43,575 nucleotides of DNA, from the NCBI GenBank assembly GCA_036391515.1, contig DASVZU010000338.1, forward strand, positions 1 to 43,575. The letters run 5' to 3'. Positions 19,058 through 28,936 of this stretch are shown here, piece by piece. The notes beneath the pieces are model-generated. The model saw only the letters and a list, made by a program, of their open reading frames with translations, was not told where the DNA came from and made no database searches. Within the stretch, counting starts at the first letter, position 1; every line of letters starts with the position of its first letter. This DNA is from Holophagaceae bacterium. Its GTDB lineage: Bacteria > Acidobacteriota > Holophagae > Holophagales > Holophagaceae. Position numbers and translations under genes: made by a program.

Positions 19058-19843
19058 TCAGCCGAAGGCCAGGCAGCGCAGGCTGAGGCTTCCGAGCTGC
19101 CAGCCTTCGAACACGGAGCGGACGACTCCGCCGTTCCCTGCGCCCAGGGCCAGCCACAGGGGGTCCAGATGCTCGCTGGTGGGCACGGCCTGCGCCGCCC
19201 CGGGGGCCCCGGCCCAGTCCATGGCCGACTCGGAGCGGTCCGAGCCGAGCCGCTCCAGGAGCCAGCCTTCGAAGGCTGCCGCCCAGGGCTGGGGGCCGGT
19301 CCTGCCATCCCAGTCCAGCCTCCCCAGGTTGTGGACCAGTCCCCCGCTGCCGACGATCAGGATGCCGTCCTCACGCAGGGGGGCCAGGGCCCGTCCGGCC
19401 GCCCAGAGCCGCCGGGGATCCCGCGGCCTGGGAAGCGACAGCTGGACCACGGGAACCCCCGCCTCCGGAAAGAGGTAGCGAAGGGGGACCCAGGCCCCAT
19501 GGTCGAGGCCCCGATCCGGATCGGGCTGGACCGGCTCTCCGGCCTGCGCCAGGAGGTCCGCCACCCGGGCCGCGAGGGCCGGATCCCCCGGAGCCGGGTA
19601 CTGCAGCCCGTAGAGGGCCTCCGGGAAGCCTCCGAAGTCGTGGATGGTCCTCGGGTGCGCGCCGGTGGTGATCCGGAAGCCGCCGGGGGTCTCCCAGTGG
19701 GCGGAGCACACCACCACGCCCCGGACCGGCGGGAGGCTTTCCGGCAGGGAGGAGAGCCACGCACCCCAGGCACCGCCTTCGATCGCGAGCATGGGGGATC
19801 CGTGGGCCAGGAAGAGGGGAGGCTGGGACCGGAGGTCATCCAT
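19058..19843 (-). CDS. LigB/YgiD-type (DODA-like) extradiol ring-cleavage dioxygenase
   Basis: FLAHGSPM, SAHWET, HDFGGFP, GLDHGAWVPL, GSGGLVHNL, PTSEHL. The ORF-track N-terminal extension is the pdxJ antisense shadow. Confidence 0.92.
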   Translation of the reverse strand: MDDLRSQPPLFLAHGSPMLAIEGGAWGAWLSSLPESLPPVRGVVVCSAHWETPGGFRITTGAHPRTIHDFGGFPEALYGLQYPAPGDPALAARVADLLAQAGEPVQPDPDRGLDHGAWVPLRYLFPEAGVPVVQLSLPRPRDPRRLWAAGRALAPLREDGILIVGSGGLVHNLGRLDWDGRTGPQPWAAAFEGWLLERLGSDRSESAMDWAGAPGAAQAVPTSEHLDPLWLALGAGNGGVVRSVFEGWQLGSLSLRCLAFG

Positions 19844-19887
19844 GCTTCCAATCTGGCATTTCATAAAAGATGTTTCAACTCTTATTT

Positions 19888-19915
19888 TCAAGATGTGCGC
19901 GAAGGCGGCCGATGC
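19888..19915 (+). promoter_or_regulatory. Possible sigma28-type promoter upstream of pdxJ-DUF4388-cheZ
   Basis: TCAAG-N15-GCCGATGC. Confidence 0.35.
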
Positions 19916-19969
19916 GATTGGAGAGGAAAGGTCCAAGTAGGCTAAGCTTTCTGGAACCCCGGAGCACGT

Positions 19970-20698
19970 GTGGACCTCAGGCTCGGCGTCAACATCGATC
20001 ACGTGGCCACCCTCCGTCAGGCGCGCGGCGGCCACGAGCCGGAACCTGTGGCGGCAGCCCTGCTCGCCCAGAGTGCCGGCGCAGACGGCATCACGGTCCA
20101 TCTCCGGGGCGACCGCCGGCACATCCAGGAGCGGGATCTCCGCGTGCTGAAGGAGGTCCTTGCGGTCCCCCTGAACGTGGAGTGCGCCGCCACACCGGAG
20201 GCCATGTCGGCCGTCATCCCCATGAAACCGGCCTGGGTGACCCTCGTGCCCGAGAGCCGGGAGGAGCTCACCACCCAGGGCGGCCTGGATGCGATCTTCC
20301 TGCAGGGCATGCTCCGCACGGTCCTCCGCGAGCTTCGCAGCGCCGGGATCCGGGCCAGCCTCTTCCTGGACCCTGTGCTGGACCAGGTCAAGATGGCCGC
20401 CAAGCTGGAGGCCGACGCCGTCGAGCTCAACACAGGCCTCTACAGCGATCTGCCCATGGGCTCCGATCCCTCCCTGGAGCTTGGGCGGCTCCGCGATGCG
20501 GCCCGGATGACCAGCCGCCTGGGGCTCCGGGTGCTGGCGGGACACGGCCTCACGCTCCAGAACGTGGAGCCGGTGGCCGCCATCCAGGAGGTGGAGGAGC
20601 TCAACATCGGCCACAGCATCATCGGCCGCGCCGTGCTGGTTGGCCTGGGCCCTGCCGTGGCCGAGATGCGGGCCGCCATCGCCCGGGCCCGCCCGTGA
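19970..20698 (+). CDS. pdxJ: Pyridoxine 5'-phosphate synthase
   Basis: LGVNIDHVATLRQAR, GITVHLRGDRRHIQ, VPESREELTTQGGL, AGHGL, ELNIGHSII. Confidence 0.96.
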   Translation: MDLRLGVNIDHVATLRQARGGHEPEPVAAALLAQSAGADGITVHLRGDRRHIQERDLRVLKEVLAVPLNVECAATPEAMSAVIPMKPAWVTLVPESREELTTQGGLDAIFLQGMLRTVLRELRSAGIRASLFLDPVLDQVKMAAKLEADAVELNTGLYSDLPMGSDPSLELGRLRDAARMTSRLGLRVLAGHGLTLQNVEPVAAIQEVEELNIGHSIIGRAVLVGLGPAVAEMRAAIARARP

Positions 20699-20708
20699 GT
20701 GCCACTGG

Positions 20709-21527
20709 ATGAGCAACCTGAAGGGCACCCTGGAGAGCATCTCCCTCACGGACGTGGCGCAGCTGCTCCATGTCAACAGGAAGACCGGGATGCTCCAGGT
20801 CAGCTCGGGGAAGCTGAGCGGTGTGCTCTATTTCTCCAGGGGGGAGATCATCCACGCGGAGACGCTGGCCCAGCGGGGCGAGCTGGCCGCCTTCGAGATC
20901 CTCGAATGGCTCACCGGCCATTTCGAATTCCTCTCCACCCAGGTGCAGGTGCCCGCGACCATCCGGCGGACCGTTCCCGACCTCCTCATGGACTCCGCCC
21001 GCCTCAGCGACAGCCGCAAGCGCCTCCACACGCTCTTCCCCCGCCTCACCGCCGTGCCCTGGCCCACCCTGCCGATCCCCAGACTGACCGAGGGGCTCAA
21101 GATCTTCACCGAGGAGCGGCGCATCCTTCCGTTCTTCGACGGCTACCGGGATTTCCAGGACGTCATGAAGGCCACCGGCCAGAACGACGTGGCCGTGCTC
21201 CAGGCCGCAGGCATCCTGAAGGACGCCGGACGGCTGGAGGTGCTCGAGCCCGATGCCCACGTCACCGTGATGACCATGAAGACCGGCCTCTTCAAGAAGG
21301 GGGACCACCTCGAACTCCCGAAGGCCATGGAGGGCTGGTGGACCGCCCTGGGCCCCTATGCCCATGGTGTGAAGAACCTGAGGGTGATCTGGCCTGAGGG
21401 GCCCGCCGTGGAGCGGGTCGAATTCGTGCCCGGCCTGTCCGAGCACCTGCTCTCGGTTCCGCGGGAACTCATGCAGTCCTGGAACCTGGCCGAAGGGAGC
21501 CATGTCAAGGTGCGTCCCGCGCCCTGA
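20709..21527 (+). CDS. DUF4388 (PatA-N-like) domain protein with additional C-terminal domains
   Basis: LKGTLESISLTDVAQLLHVNRKTGMLQV...GVLYFSRGEIIHA...WLTGHFEF...LLMDSARLSD is the DUF4388 pattern. Confidence 0.85.
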   Translation: MSNLKGTLESISLTDVAQLLHVNRKTGMLQVSSGKLSGVLYFSRGEIIHAETLAQRGELAAFEILEWLTGHFEFLSTQVQVPATIRRTVPDLLMDSARLSDSRKRLHTLFPRLTAVPWPTLPIPRLTEGLKIFTEERRILPFFDGYRDFQDVMKATGQNDVAVLQAAGILKDAGRLEVLEPDAHVTVMTMKTGLFKKGDHLELPKAMEGWWTALGPYAHGVKNLRVIWPEGPAVERVEFVPGLSEHLLSVPRELMQSWNLAEGSHVKVRPAP

Positions 21528-21546
21528 GACGATTCTGGGAGGTCCC

Positions 21547-22491
21547 ATGTCCGAAGTTCCAGAAGAAGGCTCCTCCCAGGTCCCGGCGGATGCCTCCGCG
21601 CAGGACGGCATGGTGCGTGAGTTCAAGGAGCGCCGGGAGCAGCTGGATCGCCGGCTGGACAGCATCCAGGACCTGATCCAGGAGGTCCGGAAGGAACTCC
21701 AGGGGGATGCCGAGGCCAGCATCCACCGGCTGGCCCAGGCCGCCCAGGACATGGCCAATGGCCGCGTCTACCAGAAGATCGACATCGAGGCCAAGGGCGA
21801 ACTCGGCGCCCTCGTCACGAGCCTCAACCAGACCCTCCTGAACCTCCAGCAACTCGACGCCTCCGTGAAGCACCAGAGCACCCAGGTGCCCGAACTGGCC
21901 GCCCAGCTGGATGCCATCACCAGCGACACGGAGGAGGCGACCCAGAACGTCATGAACCGCCTGGATACCCTCATGGCAGCCGGGGAGGACGCGTCCAAGG
22001 CGTTCGCCGCCTGCGACGGACAGATGAAAAAGCACCAGGAGAACCGTGAGGCGCTGAACAGGGCCATCACCGGTTTCCTCGACCGGGCCTCGGCAGGGGA
22101 GGACAGCACGGCGCTCGCCCAGGAGGTGCTCGAGTTCCTCTTCGCGCACCAGATGGAAGCCGCTGCTCCGATGCCCGACTTCTCACCGGTCCAGGACAAG
22201 CTCCGCCAGGTGGGAGACGAGGCCTTCGAGATCCTGAACATCCTCCAGTTCCAGGACATCACCCGCCAGAAGATCGAGAAGGTCGTCCTCCTTCTCAAGC
22301 AGTTCCAGGCCGGGCTCACCCGCCTGCTGGTCATCTTCAACATCCACAGCGGCGCCCTGGCCGAGCACGGGTTCGGGGACCGGCACGTGGCCACCCAGGA
22401 CCGCATCTTCGACACCAGCCTCGAAGCCGATGGGCGGAAAGACAGCGTCGAGGACATCATCGCCCAGTTCAAGTCGGGCGGCGGGAACTGA
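21547..22491 (+). CDS. cheZ: CheZ-family phosphatase-like protein with N-terminal HAMP-like segment
   Basis: QLDAITSDTEEATQNVM, LQFQDITRQKIEKV (DxxxQ catalytic motif), amphipathic C-terminal VEDIIAQF; GGAGG RBS. Confidence 0.78.
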   Translation: MSEVPEEGSSQVPADASAQDGMVREFKERREQLDRRLDSIQDLIQEVRKELQGDAEASIHRLAQAAQDMANGRVYQKIDIEAKGELGALVTSLNQTLLNLQQLDASVKHQSTQVPELAAQLDAITSDTEEATQNVMNRLDTLMAAGEDASKAFAACDGQMKKHQENREALNRAITGFLDRASAGEDSTALAQEVLEFLFAHQMEAAAPMPDFSPVQDKLRQVGDEAFEILNILQFQDITRQKIEKVVLLLKQFQAGLTRLLVIFNIHSGALAEHGFGDRHVATQDRIFDTSLEADGRKDSVEDIIAQFKSGGGN

Positions 22492-22497
22492 GCGGAC

Positions 22498-23184
22498 TCA
22501 GGCCAGCGCGATCTCCAGTTCCCCCAGGCCGTCGATGCCGCAGCGCACGCGGTCGCCCTTCACCAGGGCCCCCACGCCCGCCGGCGTGCCCGTGAAGATC
22601 AGGTCTCCCGGCGCCAGCGCCACAAAGGTGGAGAGATGGGCGATGATCTCGGGCACGGTCCAGGTCATCCGGGAAAGATCCCCATTCTGCCGCATCTCGC
22701 CGTTCACGCTGAGCCAGATGGCACCGGAGGCGAGGTGGCCGGAGCGGCTGGCCGGGACGATGGGGGACACCGGTGCGGAGTGGTCGAAGCCCTTGGCCAT
22801 CTCCCAGGGCTGGCCCTTCTCCTTGGCCCGGGCCTGGAGATCCCGCCGGGTCAGATCGATCCCCACCGCGTAGCCGAACACGCAGTCGAGGGCCTTTTCC
22901 GCCGGAATGGCACTGCCGCCTCGTCCCAGGGCCACCACCAGCTCCACTTCATGATGGAGGTTCGAGGTGGCCGGGGGATAGTCCAGGGTGCCTCCGCCGG
23001 GCACCGCCGCATCCCTCGGCTTGCCGAAGAAGAAGGGCGGCTCCCGGTTCGGATCCCCTCCCATCTCCCGGGCATGCTCCGCATAGTTGCGTCCGACGCA
23101 GTAGATCCGCCTTACCGGGAAGGGGGTAGCGCCATCCTTCACGGGAATGAGGACCGGGGCAGGAATCGGGGGGACGGTTTCCAT
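22498..23184 (-). CDS. Fumarylacetoacetate hydrolase family protein
   Basis: [58 protein letters not shown]. Confidence 0.94.
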   Translation of the reverse strand: METVPPIPAPVLIPVKDGATPFPVRRIYCVGRNYAEHAREMGGDPNREPPFFFGKPRDAAVPGGGTLDYPPATSNLHHEVELVVALGRGGSAIPAEKALDCVFGYAVGIDLTRRDLQARAKEKGQPWEMAKGFDHSAPVSPIVPASRSGHLASGAIWLSVNGEMRQNGDLSRMTWTVPEIIAHLSTFVALAPGDLIFTGTPAGVGALVKGDRVRCGIDGLGELEIALA

Positions 23185-23216
23185 GGCTGCTCCCTTCGCG
23201 GACAGACTCACCCACT

Positions 23217-24137
23217 CTATCCCTTTGCGCGGGGATGGGCCTTCTCGTAGGTCCGGGCCAGCTCGTCGAGGCCCAGGTGCGTGTAGCGCTGGGTGGTGCT
23301 GAGGCTGGCGTGCCCCAGCAGTTCCTGGATGGCACGGAGGTCCATTCCGTGGTTGAGGAGATGGGTCGCGAAGCTGTGCCGCAGGGCGTGGGGACTCACC
23401 CTCGCCCGCACGGCCGCGGCCTCCAGGGCCTGGCGCAGGAGGACCCGCACGCTGGTGGGCGTGAGGCGCCCCCCCCGCTGGTTGATGAAGACCGCGGGCA
23501 CGGGAGGTAGCACCTTGGCCGCAAGAAAGGCGCCCCGGTGGCCCAGGTAGGCGGACAGCACCTCGGCGGCGCGCTCGTGGTAGGGGACCAGGCGCTCCTT
23601 CCGGCCCTTGCCCAGCACGCGGAGGGTGCGCTGGTCCGCCAGGATGTCCTGGAGATCGAGCCCCACCAGCTCGGATACGCGCAGGCCCGAGGCGTAGAGC
23701 AGCTCCAGCAGGCAGGATAGCCTGGCTGAAGGGAAGTCCACCGCGGGGGGGAGGTCGAGGAGGGCCTGGCTTTCGCCCTCGGTGAGGAAGGAAGGCAGCC
23801 GCTTCGGCTGCTTCGGGTTCCTCAGGCCCGACGCGGGGTTGCGGTCGATGCGGCGGGTCTCCCACAGCCACTTGAAGAAGGCCCGAACCGTGGAGAGGAT
23901 GCGCGCCTGGCTCGCGGGATCGAGACCTCGTTCACCCAGCTCGAGGGCGAAGCCCCGAAGCGTGCGCGGACTCACCGCCCAGTCCGTCCAGCCCCAGCGA
24001 ACTGCGTGGTTCAGGAGTTTTTCCAGGTCCCCCTTCTGCGCACGTGCCGTGTGAGACGACACACCGCGGGCGCGCTGTTCCAGGTGGAAGCCTCCGATGC
24101 CCTCGCCCAGCGGTCCCGCGCCGTTCCCTGCTACCAT
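23217..24137 (-). CDS. xerC: Tyrosine recombinase XerC-like
   Basis: [48 protein letters not shown]; KQPKRLP and AHPRA C-terminus typical of XerC. Start uncertain. Confidence 0.85.
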   Translation of the reverse strand: MVAGNGAGPLGEGIGGFHLEQRARGVSSHTARAQKGDLEKLLNHAVRWGWTDWAVSPRTLRGFALELGERGLDPASQARILSTVRAFFKWLWETRRIDRNPASGLRNPKQPKRLPSFLTEGESQALLDLPPAVDFPSARLSCLLELLYASGLRVSELVGLDLQDILADQRTLRVLGKGRKERLVPYHERAAEVLSAYLGHRGAFLAAKVLPPVPAVFINQRGGRLTPTSVRVLLRQALEAAAVRARVSPHALRHSFATHLLNHGMDLRAIQELLGHASLSTTQRYTHLGLDELARTYEKAHPRAKG

Positions 24138-24169
24138 GCCGTCACATCCCCCGCATGTCCGGAGTCATT

Positions 24170-26008
24170 GTGGCCCAGCCCGTCGAGACCATCGCGCAGC
24201 TTTTCTATCAGGCGGTCGAGCGGGACCTTCCCGATGCCCTGGCATGGAAGCGGAGCGGTGCCTTCGTGCCCATCTCCCACCGCGAGGTTCTGGCGCGGGT
24301 CGAACACCTGGCGCTGGGCCTGGAGCGTCGGGGCCTGAAGAAGGGCGATCGGGTTGCCTTCATGTCCGAGAACCGGCCGGAGTGGGCCATCGCTGATTTC
24401 GCCTGCGCCATCCTTGGCCTGCCTGATGTCACCATCTACGCCACGCTCAATGCCGCCCAGGCGGCCTTCATCCTCCGCGACAGCGAGTCCCGCTGGGTCC
24501 TCTGCTCCAACCGCGAGCAGCTGGACAAGGTGCTGGCCCACTGGGGCTCGCTGCCCTCCCTCGAGGCCGCGGTGCTCATGGACGGCGAACTGCCCGAGGG
24601 CACGGGCCACACCCTCCTCCGCTGGTCCGACCTGATGGCCGAGGGCGAGGCCCAGGAGGACCGCCGCCCGCTGGTGCGCTCCTGGGGCATGGAGCAGAAG
24701 GCGGACGACCTGCTGACCCTGATCTACACCTCGGGGACGACGGCCGATCCCAAGGGCGCCATGCTTACCCACGGCAATCTCGTCTCCAATGTGCTGGCGG
24801 CCGCGGGCGTCGTGAACATCGAGACCGGCGAACGGGCCATGAGCTTCCTGCCCCTCACCCACATCTTCGAGCGCATGGCCGGGCACTTCCTCATGTTCCA
24901 CGTCGGCGCCTCCATCTACTACGCCGAGAGCGTCCAGACCGTGGCCGAGGATCTTCTGCTGGTCCGGCCCACGCTCCTCGCCTCCGTGCCCCGCATCTAC
25001 GAGAAGATCTTTGCCCGCATCTACGACACCGTCTCTGCGGGGGGGATCCTCAAGCGGCTCATCTTCCACTGGGCCATGCTGGCGGGCCGGCAGGCGGCTC
25101 CCTACCTGATGAAGGGACAGGAACCGCCCTCCTGGAAGGGCATGTGGTACCGCACGGCGCAGAAGGTGGTGTTCGAGAAGATCCGCCAGCGGACCGGCGG
25201 GCGCATCAAGTTCGCGATCAGCGGCGGGGCGCCCCTGGGACCCAAGGTCATGTCGTTCTTCTGGATCATCGGACTGCCCATCCTCGAGGGCTACGGCCTG
25301 ACCGAGACCAGTCCCGTCATCACCGTCAACCGGCCAGGGGAAGTGGTTCCGGGCTGCGTGGGACGCCCCCTCTACGAGACCTGGAACGGCCGCCCCTTCC
25401 TCAGGATCGCGGAGGATGGCGAGATCCTCTGCCAGGGGCCCAACATCATGATCGGCTACTGGAAGAACGAGGCCGCCACCCGCGAGGCCATCGACGCCGA
25501 CGGCTACTTCCACACCGGCGACATCGGCCACCTCGACGACCAGGGCCGCCTCTACATCACCGACCGCAAGAAGGAGCTCATCGTCACCAGTGGCGGCAAG
25601 AAGGTGGCCCCACAGCCCATCGAGAACCAGCTGAAGGGCGACAAGTACATCAGCCAGGCCGTGCTCATCGGCGACAAGCGGAACTACATCACCGCGCTCA
25701 TCGTCCCGAACTTCGATTCCCTCATCCGGTGGGCGGGCTACAAGAAGCTCCACTTCCGAACCCACGCCGATCTGGCCCAGGATCCCATGGTGATGGCCAA
25801 GCTCATGAGCCGCATCGAACGCGTGAACGCGGATCTCTCGAACTACGAGCGCATCCGGAAGATCGCCATCCTCGACCATGAGATGACCCTCGAGGGCGGG
25901 CAGCTCACGCCCTCCCTGAAGGTGAAGCGCCGGGTGGTGAACGAGATGTACGGGGGCCTCATCGAGAGCCTCTACCTTGAACCGAAGGGCGACAGCGAAG
26001 CCCACTGA
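24170..26008 (+). CDS. Long-chain fatty-acid--CoA ligase (AMP-binding)
   Basis: IYTSGTTADPKG, GYGLTETSP, YFHTGDIG, DRKKELIVTSGGK, LTPSLKVKR; GTG after GGAG (alternative ATG at 24155). Confidence 0.94.
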   Translation: MAQPVETIAQLFYQAVERDLPDALAWKRSGAFVPISHREVLARVEHLALGLERRGLKKGDRVAFMSENRPEWAIADFACAILGLPDVTIYATLNAAQAAFILRDSESRWVLCSNREQLDKVLAHWGSLPSLEAAVLMDGELPEGTGHTLLRWSDLMAEGEAQEDRRPLVRSWGMEQKADDLLTLIYTSGTTADPKGAMLTHGNLVSNVLAAAGVVNIETGERAMSFLPLTHIFERMAGHFLMFHVGASIYYAESVQTVAEDLLLVRPTLLASVPRIYEKIFARIYDTVSAGGILKRLIFHWAMLAGRQAAPYLMKGQEPPSWKGMWYRTAQKVVFEKIRQRTGGRIKFAISGGAPLGPKVMSFFWIIGLPILEGYGLTETSPVITVNRPGEVVPGCVGRPLYETWNGRPFLRIAEDGEILCQGPNIMIGYWKNEAATREAIDADGYFHTGDIGHLDDQGRLYITDRKKELIVTSGGKKVAPQPIENQLKGDKYISQAVLIGDKRNYITALIVPNFDSLIRWAGYKKLHFRTHADLAQDPMVMAKLMSRIERVNADLSNYERIRKIAILDHEMTLEGGQLTPSLKVKRRVVNEMYGGLIESLYLEPKGDSEAH

Positions 26009-26015
26009 GGAGCCC

Positions 26016-26375
26016 ATGACCCAGAATGCCCGTCACCACAACATCCCCATCCTGACCACCTTCGATCCCCCGCCCGGACTGGAGATCGAGGCCATCCTCG
26101 GGCCCTGCTGGGGCGTGACCGTCCGGAGCCGCAGCGTGGTGGGCACCACCTGCGCCGGCTGCCAGCAGCTCTTCGGAGGCGAGATCACCATGCTGACCGA
26201 GCTGGCCAGCGACTCCCGCAACGAGGCCATGGATCGCCTGGAGCAGCACGCCCTCGCCATGGGGGCCAACGGCGTCCTGGCCATGCGCTTCGACAGCGGC
26301 GAGCTCATGCAGAACACGAACGAGATCATCGCCTACGGCACCGCGGTCCGGCTTCGGGCCATCCGGACGGCTTGA
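26016..26375 (+). CDS. YbjQ (UPF0145) family protein
   Basis: GVTVRSR...GGEI...SRNEAMDRL...MGANGVLAMRFD...IIAYGTAV. Confidence 0.9.
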   Translation: MTQNARHHNIPILTTFDPPPGLEIEAILGPCWGVTVRSRSVVGTTCAGCQQLFGGEITMLTELASDSRNEAMDRLEQHALAMGANGVLAMRFDSGELMQNTNEIIAYGTAVRLRAIRTA

Positions 26376-26977
26376 GTCCCCCGGTCCCCGCCCCGGTCCG
26401 CCCGCGGATCGACCGGGGTCTCGCGCGGCGTCTGGACCGGCTGGCCTTCCGGGCCCATGCCTTCCATCGCTGGGCGCACCATCCCCTCTGCCGGGAGTAC
26501 GAGGGCGAGGTGTTCCGCCTGGGCCGCCGGTTCCGGCTGTGCCGCGGCTGCACCCTGGCCGCCGTCGGGGGCCTCGCAGGGCTGGCCGGCGGGATGGGCT
26601 CGCCCGTCCTTCCGGATCCGGTCATCGGCGCGCTGGCGGTCCTGGGGCTGCTGGCCGGCCTGCTGGCCCTGGGCCACCGCCGCCGCCCCAAAGGGCTCAC
26701 CCGGGGCCTCCCGACAGCCCTGTTGGCCTTCCTGCTGGTCCAGGCTCTCCGTGGCGGGGGGACGGTCCGCTGGGGCGCGGCGGTCCTGGCCGTGGCGGCA
26801 GGGACCGCGGTGACCCTGGCCTACCGCCGTCGCGGCCCGGACCGGACGCCCTGCACCGCCTGCCCGGAGGCACCTCCCAGCGGCGCCTGCCGGGGGTTCC
26901 GGGAGATCCGCACCCGCGAACGCGCCTTCGGGCGGCTGGCCTCGCGCTGGCTCCGTCCCCCGGATCCGGTACGATGA
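26372..26977 (+). CDS. Hypothetical membrane protein with His/Cys clusters
   Basis: About four hydrophobic segments; HAFHRWAHHPLC, CRGC, CTAC...C; fills the gap between ybjQ and ubiA (TTG start overlapping the ybjQ stop). Confidence 0.7.
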   Translation: MSPPVPAPVRPRIDRGLARRLDRLAFRAHAFHRWAHHPLCREYEGEVFRLGRRFRLCRGCTLAAVGGLAGLAGGMGSPVLPDPVIGALAVLGLLAGLLALGHRRRPKGLTRGLPTALLAFLLVQALRGGGTVRWGAAVLAVAAGTAVTLAYRRRGPDRTPCTACPEAPPSGACRGFREIRTRERAFGRLASRWLRPPDPVR

Positions 26978-26981
26978 TCGG

Positions 26982-27866
26982 ATGATGAAGGCCCTGAACC
27001 AGACCCGCGAGCTGCTCGACATGATCAAGTTCGAGCACACCGTCTTCGCGCTCCCCTTCGCCCTCCTGGGCGCGCTGGCCGGCGCGCAGGGCATCCCCCC
27101 GCTGCGAACGTCCCTGTGGATCCTCGCGGCGATGGTGGGTGCCCGGACCGCCGCCATGACCTTCAACCGCCTGGTGGATGCCGACATCGATGCGGAGAAT
27201 CCCCGCACGGCCACCCGTGCCCTGCCTTCCGGCCGGGTCTCCAGGGCCGGTGCCCTGGGGATGCTCGGAGCGGGCATCGTGGTGTTCGGCGTGGCCGCCG
27301 GGGCCCTGGGTCCCCTGACCTGGGCCCTGTCCCCCCTGGCCCTCGTGATCATCCTGGGCTACTCCCTCTGCAAGCGCTTCACGACCTGGGCCCATGTGGT
27401 GCTGGGGCTTTCCCTGTCCGGGGCGCCGCTCGGCGCGTGGATCGCCGTGACGGGCCGCATCGAGGCCCCTGCCCTCTGGCTTTCCGGGGGGGTGCTGGCC
27501 TGGACTGCGGGCTTCGACATACTCTACGCCCTGCAGGACGAGACCTTCGACCGGGAGCGCGGCCTGCATTCCATCCCCGCCCGCCTCGGCACGCACCGCG
27601 CCCAGCTCCTCTCCCGACTGCTCCACCTTGTGGCCCTGGCCTGCTGGGCCCAGTTCAACCTCCTGCTGGGCTCCCATGTGGTGGGGTGGGCGGGATGGGC
27701 CGCGGTGGCGGCCATGCTCGCCCGCGAACAGTGGCTGGTCCGCGGGGGCGATCTGACGCGGATCGACCAGGCCTTCTTCACCCTCAACAGCCTCGTCGGT
27801 CTTGTTTTTTTTACAGGCCATGCCCTTGAATGGTGGCTTTCGCACGCATTCCTGGCAGCCACTTAG
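26982..27866 (+). CDS. UbiA-like polyprenyltransferase (MqnP/futalosine-pathway type)
   Basis: IKFEHTVFALPF, ARTAAMTFNRLVDADIDAENPRT, GFDILYALQD, AFFTLN. Confidence 0.92.
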   Translation: MMKALNQTRELLDMIKFEHTVFALPFALLGALAGAQGIPPLRTSLWILAAMVGARTAAMTFNRLVDADIDAENPRTATRALPSGRVSRAGALGMLGAGIVVFGVAAGALGPLTWALSPLALVIILGYSLCKRFTTWAHVVLGLSLSGAPLGAWIAVTGRIEAPALWLSGGVLAWTAGFDILYALQDETFDRERGLHSIPARLGTHRAQLLSRLLHLVALACWAQFNLLLGSHVVGWAGWAAVAAMLAREQWLVRGGDLTRIDQAFFTLNSLVGLVFFTGHALEWWLSHAFLAAT

Positions 27867-27926
27867 ATCCTTGGTTGTAAGAAGGCGACTCGCGCACACC
27901 GCTCTGCCCAGGTATGCTGGGGAGCC

Positions 27927-28919
27927 ATGTCCACCCAACCGGAACGACGCCGCGCCGTGCGCTCCAGCCGCCCCGATTCAGGCCGGTGGCTCACGGTCAT
28001 GGTGGTTCTCAGCCACCGCACCTTCCGGTGGTCCCTCACCCGGAGGCTGATGGTCTGGATGCTCGGGATCGTGGCGGGCTTCTCGGCCCTGGCCATGATC
28101 GGCTCCGGCTACGGACTCTGGGCCACCAAGAAGATCATGAGCTTCAGTCGCCTCCAGCAGGAGACCCGCCGGCAGCAGGACCAGCTGCGCTCCACCCTGG
28201 ACCAGGCCCACGAGCTGGAAGCCGAAATGGAGACCCTCCGCCAGCAGCATACGGAACTGTTGAAGCTGCTGGACCCCAAGGGACCGGCCCCCTCCATCCC
28301 TCCGCCCGGAAGCCAGGCCGGCCCCGGGATGCCCGCCGAACCCAAGCCTGCCGCCAAGCTGCCTCCCGGCACCCAGCAGCGCATCTCCAAACTGCAGGAC
28401 GAACTGGACCAGACCAGCAGCCAGATCGAGCGGGTGAAGACCCGGATGGAACCTGTGCTCTGGGCCTGGTCGCACACCCCCTCGATCCCGCCGACGGCCG
28501 GCTACCTGAGCTCCGGGTTCGGCGTGCGGATCTCCCCCTTCTCGAAGGGGAACGAGGTCGGTGACGGCCTGCTGGGCTACCACACGGGCCTCGACATCAG
28601 CAACTCCCTCGACACGCCCATCCAGGCCACGGCCGACGGGACGGTGGAGGAGGCCGGGTGGATGGACCGCTATGGCAACGGGGTCGTCCTGCGCCACACG
28701 CCGGAACTGGAAACCCTGTACGCCCACATGGATCGTGTGGCGGTGAAGGTGGGCCAGCAGGTCAGCCGGGGGGACATCCTCGGCTACATGGGCCGGACCG
28801 GCAACGCCACGGGCGTGCACCTGCACTACGAGGTCCGGATCGCGGGGCACCCCGTGAACCCCACGCCCTACCTCAAGCTCCAGCGCCAGTGGCTCCACGC
28901 CATCGGCAGGCAGTCGTAA
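27927..28919 (+). CDS. Membrane-anchored M23 family metallopeptidase
   Basis: TM segment plus coiled coil; HTGLD, YGN, LYAHM, TGVHLHYEV zinc motifs. Confidence 0.93.
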   Translation: MSTQPERRRAVRSSRPDSGRWLTVMVVLSHRTFRWSLTRRLMVWMLGIVAGFSALAMIGSGYGLWATKKIMSFSRLQQETRRQQDQLRSTLDQAHELEAEMETLRQQHTELLKLLDPKGPAPSIPPPGSQAGPGMPAEPKPAAKLPPGTQQRISKLQDELDQTSSQIERVKTRMEPVLWAWSHTPSIPPTAGYLSSGFGVRISPFSKGNEVGDGLLGYHTGLDISNSLDTPIQATADGTVEEAGWMDRYGNGVVLRHTPELETLYAHMDRVAVKVGQQVSRGDILGYMGRTGNATGVHLHYEVRIAGHPVNPTPYLKLQRQWLHAIGRQS

Positions 28920-28936
28920 GGTCCCAGGAGAGTTCC

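Noticed and set aside
19844-20776. Apparent 310-aa N-terminal extension of the dioxygenase
   Set aside because: Overlaps pdxJ antisense; the family match starts near 19843.
23185-23871. Apparent long N-terminus or xerC fusion on the FAH hydrolase
   Set aside because: Alternative frame of xerC; a proper RBS precedes ATG 23184.
27805-27812. T8 tract near the ubiA 3' end as a phase-variation site
   Set aside because: Short, in frame (encodes VFF) and close to the C-terminus; no supporting evidence.
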